64,000 bases of DNA from a virus (Duplodnaviria; Caudoviricetes), in the IMG/VR virus record IMGVR_UViG_3300020469_000008, positions 1 to 64,000 of that record; one strand, given 5' to 3'. Below, one piece after another: positions 30,622 through 39,054 of this stretch (within the stretch, counting starts at the first letter, position 1; each line of letters begins with the position of its first letter). The notes beneath the pieces were generated by a model that ran no database searches, was not told the origin of the DNA, and saw only the letters and a list, made by a program, of their open reading frames with translations. The translations under genes were made by a program, and so were the position numbers.

Positions 30622-31080
30622 ATGCCACGAAGATTTAAAAATAACCAGTTAAGCCATGTCAAGGAAGCCTTAAACCAACAAAAAGCAGAGGAAGCAGAAG
30701 CAATTGCTGTTGAACAAGCTGAAACAGACGAAGAACAACAAGCACCTACATCTGTAGCAGATGTTAAAAAAGCTTTTAAAGAGTCTAGACAACCAGAAGA
30801 GGCTGTTCAAAGTGTCAAAAAACAAATGCGTAAGGTTCGTAAGCATTTAAAAAGACAAAGTGTAGGTCAGAAAAGAAAAGTAGCTTGGCAACATGAAGTT
30901 GGTGACTTAGTTCAAATACCAGTAAAAGCCAGTAGATTGAACGAAGAAGACTTTGGTATTATTGTGCAAATGACAGACCCAGACAAGTATAACGAAACAC
31001 ACATCCGCGACTCACAATCGCTTGTATTATCACCAGCAGGACGCAATTGGTATAGAACTAAAAACTTAAGAAAAGTGTAA
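30622..31080 (+). CDS. Hypothetical protein, charged N-terminus and C-terminal SH3/KOW-like barrel
   Basis: AAGGAGG SD places start at 30622 (MPRRFKNN); C-terminus EVGDLVQIP...FGIIVQ resembles KOW/SH3 patterns. Confidence 0.6.
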   Translation: MPRRFKNNQLSHVKEALNQQKAEEAEAIAVEQAETDEEQQAPTSVADVKKAFKESRQPEEAVQSVKKQMRKVRKHLKRQSVGQKRKVAWQHEVGDLVQIPVKASRLNEEDFGIIVQMTDPDKYNETHIRDSQSLVLSPAGRNWYRTKNLRKV

Positions 31081-31103
31081 CTGTAAAAACAATAAAATAT
31101 AAT
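31075..31103 (+). promoter_or_regulatory. Early/middle-type promoter, copy 2
   Basis: GTGTAA 31075-31080, 17-nt spacer, TATAAT 31098-31103. Confidence 0.65.
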
Positions 31104-31134
31104 AAAACCACAACCAAAACATCCAGGAGAAATA

Positions 31135-32196
31135 ATGGATATCAAAACATTCGTTCAAGTAATTTCAAAGCTCCCACCACAAATCGCAGTTCTTGCCAAA
31201 GGACCAACAGGTATTGGTAAATCACACATTGTTCACCAAGTTGGCGAACGATTAGATATGCAAGTTATTGACCGCCGTTTATCACAAATGACTGAAGGTG
31301 ATATTATTGGCTTACCAGAACTAGTTGATGGTGTTACACGCTTTGCACCAATTGATTGGTTTGTTCGTGCTTGTAATGAACCGGTTATCTTGTTCTTTGA
31401 TGAGTTAAACCGTGCTACTATTGAGGTTCAACAATGTGCTTTCCAAATTGTTCTTGATAGAGAACTTAATGGTCACAAGCTTCATCCAGAAACCCGTGTT
31501 TATGCTGCAGTTAATGAAGGTAGCGAGTATCAGGTCACTGAAATGGACCCGGCTCTATTACGTCGTTTCTTTGTTACAAGTTTGGAACCAACAGCTCAAG
31601 ACTGGTTAGACTGGGCTCGCAAAAGTAAAAAGATTGACCCACTCGTCATCACTTTCATTGAGAAATACCCGGCTCGATTGCGTCATGCAGGCCAAATGGA
31701 ACCAGGTAAGGTATACCCAAATCCTGCTTCTTGGGATCGATTGAATACAGCTCTAGAGTACGCTGGTATGAAACCGTCAAACTCTTGTGGCGATAGCTAC
31801 AACCCGTTGTTCTACTCAATGTGTACAGGTTTTATTGGTACAGAAACAACAATTGCATTTGTTGACTTTGTTAAGAACCATGAGTTTAAGTTTAGTGCCG
31901 AAGATGTTCTCAACGATTACGACAAAAACAAAGACATGATTAATGTTTTGACAACTGACAAGAAAAATGATTTATTGAGTATTATCGTTACTTATACAAC
32001 AACAGATAATGTTGAGGTAACGATTAAACAAGTAGAAAACGCTTGCGCATTCGTCAATACTTGCTCTGACGAAATGTTAGTTAATTTTATGAATATGATT
32101 ATGGAAACAAAGAACCTTCCTACAATTAGAAAATTTCACAAACTCTTAAGTAGTAAAGTTGTAGAAGCAGTTAATGCGGCAAACACAATAACTTAA
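31135..32196 (+). CDS. MoxR/CbbQ-type AAA+ ATPase
   Basis: Walker A GPTGIGKS, Walker B ILFFDELNRA, sensor-I AAVN, arginine finger DPALLRRF; AGGAG SD. Confidence 0.88.
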   Translation: MDIKTFVQVISKLPPQIAVLAKGPTGIGKSHIVHQVGERLDMQVIDRRLSQMTEGDIIGLPELVDGVTRFAPIDWFVRACNEPVILFFDELNRATIEVQQCAFQIVLDRELNGHKLHPETRVYAAVNEGSEYQVTEMDPALLRRFFVTSLEPTAQDWLDWARKSKKIDPLVITFIEKYPARLRHAGQMEPGKVYPNPASWDRLNTALEYAGMKPSNSCGDSYNPLFYSMCTGFIGTETTIAFVDFVKNHEFKFSAEDVLNDYDKNKDMINVLTTDKKNDLLSIIVTYTTTDNVEVTIKQVENACAFVNTCSDEMLVNFMNMIMETKNLPTIRKFHKLLSSKVVEAVNAANTIT

Positions 32197-32198
32197 TT

Positions 32199-32227
32199 GT
32201 GCAACCGCTAAAACTATGCTATATAAT
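32199..32227 (+). promoter_or_regulatory. Early/middle-type promoter, copy 3
   Basis: GTGCAA 32199-32204, 17-nt spacer, TATAAT 32222-32227. Confidence 0.65.
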
Positions 32228-32249
32228 ATAAACAACCACAGGAGGTTAT

Positions 32250-33578
32250 ATGAGTGAAGTATTGGAAAAAGTAGAAGAAGTTGAGTTAATGTCAAAAGAA
32301 AGATTTGACAAAATTATGTTAAAATTCTTAATTGACGAACCGTTCTTCTCCGACATCATGCGCCATATTAGAAAGGAAATGACAAATATTATTCCTACAG
32401 CAGGTGTTATGTGTCAAGATGACAATATTGTTATGTACTGGAATCCTAAGTTTGTTGCTAGCCTGACAGTTAAGAAGGTGTTTGGTTTACTTAAACACGA
32501 ATGTTATCACTTGATATATCAACACTGTACATCCAGAAAGCAAGACCCACACTTGATGTGGAATATCGCTACAGACTTGGCAATTAATTGCACATTACTT
32601 GAATCAGAACTACCTGACGGTGGTTTGGTACCAGGTAAACCCACTAAGCAGCCAGAAGATGTGTCACATTTACCAAAAGAGTTACTTGAGCAATCGCAAA
32701 AAATGTCAGATTTTATTGAGTCTTTACCTTCGCATAAATCATCTGAGTGGTACATGGAAACTATCATGAACAATGATGAAATGCAAGAGGCAATAAACGA
32801 CTGTATGGGACCCAAATCAATTATGGTTGGCAAACCTGGAGATGGCGATGGTGAAGGTCAAGCGGGAACATGTGCAGGTTTTGACTATCACTTCGACAAT
32901 GAAGACATGTCCGAGGGTGACAAGGCACTAATTGATGCAAAAGTCAAAGATATCATTGAAAAAGCAGCAAAGCGAGCAGATAGAACAAATAGCTGGGGTT
33001 CAGTAAGTTCAGATGCAAGAGGCCAGATTCGCTCAATGATGTCCAAATCAATTGACTGGAAATCAGTTCTTCAGTACTTTTGTGGTACAAAACAACGTGC
33101 TAATCGTTCACGTAGTTTTAGAAAGATTAATCGAAAGTACCCATATATTCACCCCGGTCGAAAGACTAGTCATACTTCTAACATTGTAATCTACATTGAC
33201 CAGTCTGGATCTGTAGGTGATGATGACTTAGAATTGTTCTTCAGTGCACTAAATGACTTGGCTAGTCGCGTAACCTTTACAATCTTTCACTTTGACACTT
33301 CAGTCGATGAAAATAGCAAGCATATTTGGCGAAAGCGCAAAAAGATTGATAAGGCTTACCGAACACGTGGTGGTGGAACTTGTTTTAACGCTGCTGAAGA
33401 CCACTTTCGAAAGGTAGCAGGTGAGTATGACGGTTATATTATTATGACTGATGGGTATGCACCTAAACCAAAAACTTGTATATCTAAAAGATGCTGGGTA
33501 TTATTACCAGGTATAAAACCATCATTTCAAATTGACAAAAGAGATACTGTTGTCTTGATGGAGCGAGATAAAAAATAG
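32250..33578 (+). CDS. Metallopeptidase-like + VWA domain protein (DUF2201-type), partner of AAA+ ATPase
   Basis: HEXXH (HECYH, 32496-32510), WNIATDLAIN motif, MIDAS DQSGS, RGGGT and IIMTDG motifs; AGGAGG SD. Confidence 0.85.
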   Translation: MSEVLEKVEEVELMSKERFDKIMLKFLIDEPFFSDIMRHIRKEMTNIIPTAGVMCQDDNIVMYWNPKFVASLTVKKVFGLLKHECYHLIYQHCTSRKQDPHLMWNIATDLAINCTLLESELPDGGLVPGKPTKQPEDVSHLPKELLEQSQKMSDFIESLPSHKSSEWYMETIMNNDEMQEAINDCMGPKSIMVGKPGDGDGEGQAGTCAGFDYHFDNEDMSEGDKALIDAKVKDIIEKAAKRADRTNSWGSVSSDARGQIRSMMSKSIDWKSVLQYFCGTKQRANRSRSFRKINRKYPYIHPGRKTSHTSNIVIYIDQSGSVGDDDLELFFSALNDLASRVTFTIFHFDTSVDENSKHIWRKRKKIDKAYRTRGGGTCFNAAEDHFRKVAGEYDGYIIMTDGYAPKPKTCISKRCWVLLPGIKPSFQIDKRDTVVLMERDKK

Positions 33579-33585
33579 GGGAAAT

Positions 33586-36500
33586 ATGAAGATATTGCAC
33601 ATTGCAGACGTCCACTGGCGAGGATTATCCAGACATCAAGAGTATGTACTTGCATTTAAAGATATGTTTAGACAAGCAAAAGAACTTGAACCTGACATAA
33701 TTTATGTGGGCGGTGATATCGTTCATTCTAAGACCCAAGGGATATCCCCAGAGTTAATTGAATGTTTGTGTTGGTGGTTTAATGGTCTAGCTGAGATAGC
33801 ACCAACACACGTTATTCTTGGGAATCACGACGGTTTAATTCTAAATAAGGATAGACAAGATGCAATTACACCGATTATTGAAGCATTGGATAACCCTAAT
33901 ATTTTCTTATACAAATATTCAGGAACATATGAGTTCGCGCCAGGATATGAATGGTGTGTTTTGTCGTGTTTCGATGAAGAAAACTTCCACAGAGCAAGAC
34001 CTAGCAAAGATAATATCAGTATTGCACTATATCATGGTGCTGTGAGGGGTAGTCTGACTGACGTAGATTGGCAGTTAGAAGGTGAATCTGACCTAGATTT
34101 GTTTAAATCATATGATTTTGCAATGTTAGGTGACATACACAAAAGACAGTTTTTGAATAAGAAGGGTACTATTGCATATAGTGGTTCAACGATCCAACAA
34201 AATTTTGGTGAAGATAGTGAAAAAGGTTTTCTTTTATGGGATATTCGATCTGCTGATGACTTTTCTGTAGAATTCTATGAAGTAGAAAATCAATACCACT
34301 TTGTGACTGTTGACTGGCAAGGTGATGTTCAAAAAACTGTTAATAAATGTCGGGAATATCCTAATCTTTCTCGTTTTCGAATTAGAGCAGACAATTACAT
34401 AAGTCAGACGGATGCTCGTCGATTACAAAAGATATTAACAAAACAAAAAGCTGCTACGGAAGTTGTTTTTAAAGTTGATTCCAAATTTGATTCTGATAAG
34501 ATAGAAACGTCGACGACGTCAGGTATGTCTATTGATTTAAGAAGTCCAGAAAAACACAAAGAGCTGTTAAGCGAGTATTATAAAAATAACATGCTGTTGC
34601 CTGATGATGTAAAAAAGCTTGATGACTTAGTTGATAGAAGTTTATCTGAAATAATACAAACAGATAGCGATTTACGTAATGTTAAGTGGGCAATCAACAG
34701 TTTAAAATTTGATAATTGTTTCTCATATACCGACAGCAATTACATTAATTTTGAGAATCTGCCTGGAATTACAGGTATTTTTGGAAGAAATGCGCGCGGC
34801 AAATCATCAATAATTGGTACGATAGCGTACGCGCTATTTAACACTTCTGACAGGGGCAGTATTAAAAATATCCACTTGATTAATACACGAAAAAATTCAT
34901 GCAAGGCACAACTGGATATATCAATTAATAATGTGCCATATCGTATCACCAGACAAACAGTAAAGAAGCAAACCAAGAAAAATCTGTGGGCACCCACTAC
35001 ACTTAAATTTTATCGTTTAGATAAAACAGGTGAGGTGATAGAAGATTTAACAGAAGAACAACGTCGTGAAACAGAGAAGATTATTCGAGGTATGATTGGT
35101 TCGTCAGAAGAGTTTTTAATGACATCGCTAGCGTCACAAGGCGATATGAATAATTTTATCAAAGAAAAGGCAACTGCGAGAAAGTCAATATTAGCAAATT
35201 TTCTTGACTTGACTGTTTTTGATGCTATGAATGAGTTTGCTAAAAAAGAATGTGCTTTATTAAAACAACAAGCATCAACAATCAACCGAGGTGACTGGGA
35301 TAAGCAAATCAGTATTAAGGAGAATAGCATTGAATCGATTAAATCGTCTATAACTACTGAAGAACAAAATATAGCAAAACTTAAAAAAGATTATGAAACA
35401 TATGTTAAAGAATTACACTCAAGTGCTGATGATGATTACATAAGCGAATCTGAAGTTGCGTCAGCAAAAACAAAGTGGTTAAAGAGTATACGTCAGGTGG
35501 AAAAAGCAGAAAAGCAACTTGACATATTAAAGGATGAAATATTTGATACTGAACAAAAAATAGAAAAAGTTGAGTTATTCTTGTCCAATTTTGATGTTGA
35601 AAAAATCAAAGAAAAAAGAGACGCGCAAAGAAAAATAACACAATTACTAAAAGATATGCAAAGTGACCTAAGAATTGAAAGAAAAGAATTGGACTCAATT
35701 GAGAAGTTAAGTAAAAAACTTACACCTTGTGATTGTTTCGAACACAAACCTAGTTGCAAGTATTTAAAAAAATCAAATGAAAGCAAGCAAAAGTTTAACA
35801 AGCAGCGAGATAAAGTAACAGCACTTAAAATAAAAGTGGATGATCTAAAGGTCGCATTTAAAAAGTTAGGAAAAGAAGATTATGATGAAAAGCTTGACAA
35901 ATATAATGCGATTGTCCAAAGAAAGTCACAATTAGTAACATCAATTACAGAAACAAGAATTAAAATTAACGGTTATGAAAAAGACATAGAAAATATCAGC
36001 CCACATGTTCCTGAATTTAGAACTACGTATGTTGACTTAAAAGAGAAGTTTGAAAGTCAAGACTCAAATGAAGGACAACTTCTTTTAGAGCGAAAAATCA
36101 AACAAACAAATAATGATATAAAGATAAGTGATAAGAGTAGAACATCATTAATCACAAATTTAGCAAAAGAAAAAGCTGAGAAGAATTTACTAGCAAAGCA
36201 AAAACGTGAATTTGAAAGAATAAGCAAATCATTGCGCGCTTACGACTTGTTTTTGCAAGCAACTTCGCATAAAGGTATACCTGTTCAAATTATCCACTCA
36301 ATGTTACCACAAATCAATGCTGAAATTTCAAAAATTCTTAAAGGTGTTGTGGGGTTCACAGTGGAACTAGAAGCAGATCTAGATAGTAATTCAATGGATA
36401 TATTTATTAATTACGGTGATAGTAAACGCATTGTTGAATTAGGTTCGGGTATGGAGAAGATGATGGCATCACTCGCAATCCGTGTTGCTTTAATTAATGT

Positions 36501-36717
36501 TTCTTCATTGCCAAAGACAAGCATGCTGATGATTGATGAAGGTTTTGGTGCATTAGATGAAACAAACTTAGAAGCTTGTGGTAAACTATTACAGTCACTT
36601 AAAAAGTGGTTTAAAAATATATTAGTAATATCGCATATCGATGCGATTAAAGATATCGTTGACAACAACATCGATATAATGAAGAAAGGTGTAGATTCAT
36701 ATGTTTATCAACCCTAA
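33586..36717 (+). CDS. Mre11-Rad50 (SbcD-SbcC; T4 gp47-gp46-like) fusion nuclease/ATPase
   Basis: Metallophosphoesterase motifs HIADVH, GGDIVH, GNHD, GDIH; Walker A GRNARGKS; coiled coil; signature LGSGMEK; Walker B/D-loop MIDEGFGALD; H-loop ISH. Confidence 0.9.
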   Translation: MKILHIADVHWRGLSRHQEYVLAFKDMFRQAKELEPDIIYVGGDIVHSKTQGISPELIECLCWWFNGLAEIAPTHVILGNHDGLILNKDRQDAITPIIEALDNPNIFLYKYSGTYEFAPGYEWCVLSCFDEENFHRARPSKDNISIALYHGAVRGSLTDVDWQLEGESDLDLFKSYDFAMLGDIHKRQFLNKKGTIAYSGSTIQQNFGEDSEKGFLLWDIRSADDFSVEFYEVENQYHFVTVDWQGDVQKTVNKCREYPNLSRFRIRADNYISQTDARRLQKILTKQKAATEVVFKVDSKFDSDKIETSTTSGMSIDLRSPEKHKELLSEYYKNNMLLPDDVKKLDDLVDRSLSEIIQTDSDLRNVKWAINSLKFDNCFSYTDSNYINFENLPGITGIFGRNARGKSSIIGTIAYALFNTSDRGSIKNIHLINTRKNSCKAQLDISINNVPYRITRQTVKKQTKKNLWAPTTLKFYRLDKTGEVIEDLTEEQRRETEKIIRGMIGSSEEFLMTSLASQGDMNNFIKEKATARKSILANFLDLTVFDAMNEFAKKECALLKQQASTINRGDWDKQISIKENSIESIKSSITTEEQNIAKLKKDYETYVKELHSSADDDYISESEVASAKTKWLKSIRQVEKAEKQLDILKDEIFDTEQKIEKVELFLSNFDVEKIKEKRDAQRKITQLLKDMQSDLRIERKELDSIEKLSKKLTPCDCFEHKPSCKYLKKSNESKQKFNKQRDKVTALKIKVDDLKVAFKKLGKEDYDEKLDKYNAIVQRKSQLVTSITETRIKINGYEKDIENISPHVPEFRTTYVDLKEKFESQDSNEGQLLLERKIKQTNNDIKISDKSRTSLITNLAKEKAEKNLLAKQKREFERISKSLRAYDLFLQATSHKGIPVQIIHSMLPQINAEISKILKGVVGFTVELEADLDSNSMDIFINYGDSKRIVELGSGMEKMMASLAIRVALINVSSLPKTSMLMIDEGFGALDETNLEACGKLLQSLKKWFKNILVISHIDAIKDIVDNNIDIMKKGVDSYVYQP

Positions 36718-36961
36718 AATAAAAGTTATCGGTGATTGTAAAAAAGAGAGATTTTATTGTGACATATGTCATTATCCCCTTTTGTCATCTGAAGACTTTG
36801 AAAAAGACAGCGAATACGATTGTTGTCACAAATGTTATTTGCAATTTGCTGAGTCACGCAGAGATGAGTGGAAAAATGGTTGGCGACCAAAAAAAGCAGT
36901 TGTGAATAGTTATATATCTATAAGACGTAAACTTTATAAGCAGTCTAGTAAGGAGAAATAA
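36701..36961 (+). CDS. Small Cys-rich (zinc-finger-like) protein
   Basis: 86 aa; CDIC...CCHKC; overlaps end of the Rad50 fusion. Confidence 0.6.
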   Translation: MFINPKIKVIGDCKKERFYCDICHYPLLSSEDFEKDSEYDCCHKCYLQFAESRRDEWKNGWRPKKAVVNSYISIRRKLYKQSSKEK

Positions 36962-36962
36962 A

Positions 36963-37421
36963 ATGGCATTAAGTTTTGAAGAAGTAAATGTGTTAGGAAA
37001 TTTAATTAATGACACGTATGGAAAACCCTCAACACAAACGGGTTACAATTCAACCGATCAAGGGGGTAATCCGAGGTACAGTGGTTACTCATCTGCTGGT
37101 CCCGGCTCAGTTAACTCAGTAGCAACTAAAGCTAGTCTTCAGGGAGAAAACCTTTGTGTTACTTCACTTTGCATTGTTAACTTAGGCCCCCACGGTCATC
37201 AACATCAAGTAATACAACAAACTGAAAATGAGTTAAATCAGCACATTAATGCGTATATGAAAGAGCTGAAGAAAAATTTTAAAAAGAAAGAATACGCGGG
37301 TCGTGCTTTAAAAGCAAAAGAAGATAAAAATAAAAGAACAACTGACGTTCAAATGATTAATCATTATGCTGAAACACGTCAAGCCTATATTTATAGAAGA
37401 GCTTATTTCGAGATTAATTGA
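36963..37421 (+). CDS. Hypothetical protein directly upstream of terminase
   Basis: 152 aa ORF with AAGGAG SD; TGATG-coupled to terminase. Confidence 0.65.
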   Translation: MALSFEEVNVLGNLINDTYGKPSTQTGYNSTDQGGNPRYSGYSSAGPGSVNSVATKASLQGENLCVTSLCIVNLGPHGHQHQVIQQTENELNQHINAYMKELKKNFKKKEYAGRALKAKEDKNKRTTDVQMINHYAETRQAYIYRRAYFEIN

Positions 37422-39046
37422 TGGCGCGCCTGAGTAAACAAGCACAAGTAAAAGAAATAATAAGGTGTGGTAAAGATCCAAACTATTTCTTTAAAAATTA
37501 CTTGAAGATACAACATCCTGTTAGGGGTTTGATACCGTTTCAAATGTACCCCTTTCAGGAAGAGTGTGTTGAAGAATTTAACGACCACAGATTTAACATT
37601 ATACTTAAGTCACGTCAGTTAGGAATATCAACGCTCACTGCTGCTTACTCAGTTTGGATGGCAATATTTAAAAAAGAAAAGAATATTCTTATTATTGCAA
37701 CAAAACTTAAAGTTGCTCAGAACTTTATCATCAAAGTAAAGACTATGATTCGTTCTTTACCAAAATGGTTGCTACTTCCAGAGATTGTATCCAACAACAA
37801 GCAAGAGATAATGTTCTCGCACGGTTCACAAATTAAAGCAATTCCAACTTCAGATGATGCCGGACGATCTGAGGCATTGTCACTTCTCATTATAGATGAG
37901 GCTGCTTTTGTTAGAAACTTTGACACGATTTGGACAGGTATCTATCCCACAATCTCAACGGGTGGTCGGGTCGTAATTTTGTCAACACCCAATGGAGTTG
38001 GAGGTCAATATCACAAACTATATACAGAAGCTGAAGCTGGTGTTAATGAGTTTAATCCTATTAAGCTCATGTGGGATGTGCATCCAGAACGCGGTGAAGA
38101 GTGGTTTAGTCAAGTAACAGCAAACTTATCTAAAAGACAAATAGCACAAGAATATTTGTGTGACTTTGCTATCTCTGGAGAAACGTACTTAGATACGAAT
38201 ACATTAGAATGGATCAGCAAGATTGTCGAAGCTCCGAAAATGAGAGAAGGCCCAGATAACAACGTTTGGATATGGAAGCAACCATTAACAGAACATGAGT
38301 ACGTTATATCTGCTGATGTATCTCGAGGTGATGCAAAAGACTTTTCTACTTTCCATATTATTGACGTTAATGAATCAGAGGTTGTTGCTGAGTATAAAGG
38401 AAAAATTCGTCCTGACACTTTTGCCGAACTCATTAATACGTACGGAATGAAGTACAATAAGGCTTTAGTATGTCCAGAAAACAATAGTTACGGATATGCA
38501 ACAATATTAAAGTTGCAAGAATTAAAGTATCCTCGACTGTATTACCGACGTAGAAAAGGCGCGTATATCGGCAATTACGTTCCACAACAAACGCCAGATG
38601 TAGCCGGTTTTAACACAAACGGAAAAACACGTGGGACAGTTTTGGCAAAGTTAGAAGAAGTTTTAAGAAATAAACAACTCGCAGTATACTCTAGTAGGTT
38701 TTATGAGGAATTGAAAGTGTTTGCTGTAGGTTCAGACGGTCGTGCTTCAGCACGTCGCGGTTACAATGATGATTTAGTCATGAGTTTGGCAATTGGGACG
38801 TGGTTGTTTGATGCATCAGCTGACTACAGTAAAAACTCAAAAGCTTTAAACGATGCAATGTTAAAAGCAATGTCTCGGAATGCTACGCCTTACGGTGACA
38901 CGCCTGAAGCTGTGACAGCACCAATCAGTATTTTTGGTAGAGGTAGTGTTTCAAGTCAAAATAGAGATACAGGGCCTAGAAAGAGTGAGTTTACAAGTAA
39001 AGCTAGGGATAAAATTAACATAAAAGACCATAAATGGTTGTTTTAG
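37421..39046 (+). CDS. terL: Terminase large subunit, T4 gp17-like
   Basis: YLKIQHP; Walker A LKSRQLGIST; Walker B LLIIDEAAF; STPNG; nuclease ISADVSRG and DDLVMS. ATG at 37421 preferred over TTG at 37418. Confidence 0.93.
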   Translation: MARLSKQAQVKEIIRCGKDPNYFFKNYLKIQHPVRGLIPFQMYPFQEECVEEFNDHRFNIILKSRQLGISTLTAAYSVWMAIFKKEKNILIIATKLKVAQNFIIKVKTMIRSLPKWLLLPEIVSNNKQEIMFSHGSQIKAIPTSDDAGRSEALSLLIIDEAAFVRNFDTIWTGIYPTISTGGRVVILSTPNGVGGQYHKLYTEAEAGVNEFNPIKLMWDVHPERGEEWFSQVTANLSKRQIAQEYLCDFAISGETYLDTNTLEWISKIVEAPKMREGPDNNVWIWKQPLTEHEYVISADVSRGDAKDFSTFHIIDVNESEVVAEYKGKIRPDTFAELINTYGMKYNKALVCPENNSYGYATILKLQELKYPRLYYRRRKGAYIGNYVPQQTPDVAGFNTNGKTRGTVLAKLEEVLRNKQLAVYSSRFYEELKVFAVGSDGRASARRGYNDDLVMSLAIGTWLFDASADYSKNSKALNDAMLKAMSRNATPYGDTPEAVTAPISIFGRGSVSSQNRDTGPRKSEFTSKARDKINIKDHKWLF

Positions 39047-39054
39047 GATGAAAA

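Noticed and set aside
33586-36717. Giant eukaryotic virus origin suggested by the Mre11-Rad50 fusion
   Set aside because: Context is T4-like head and tail genes with bacterial SD sequences and rho-independent terminators.
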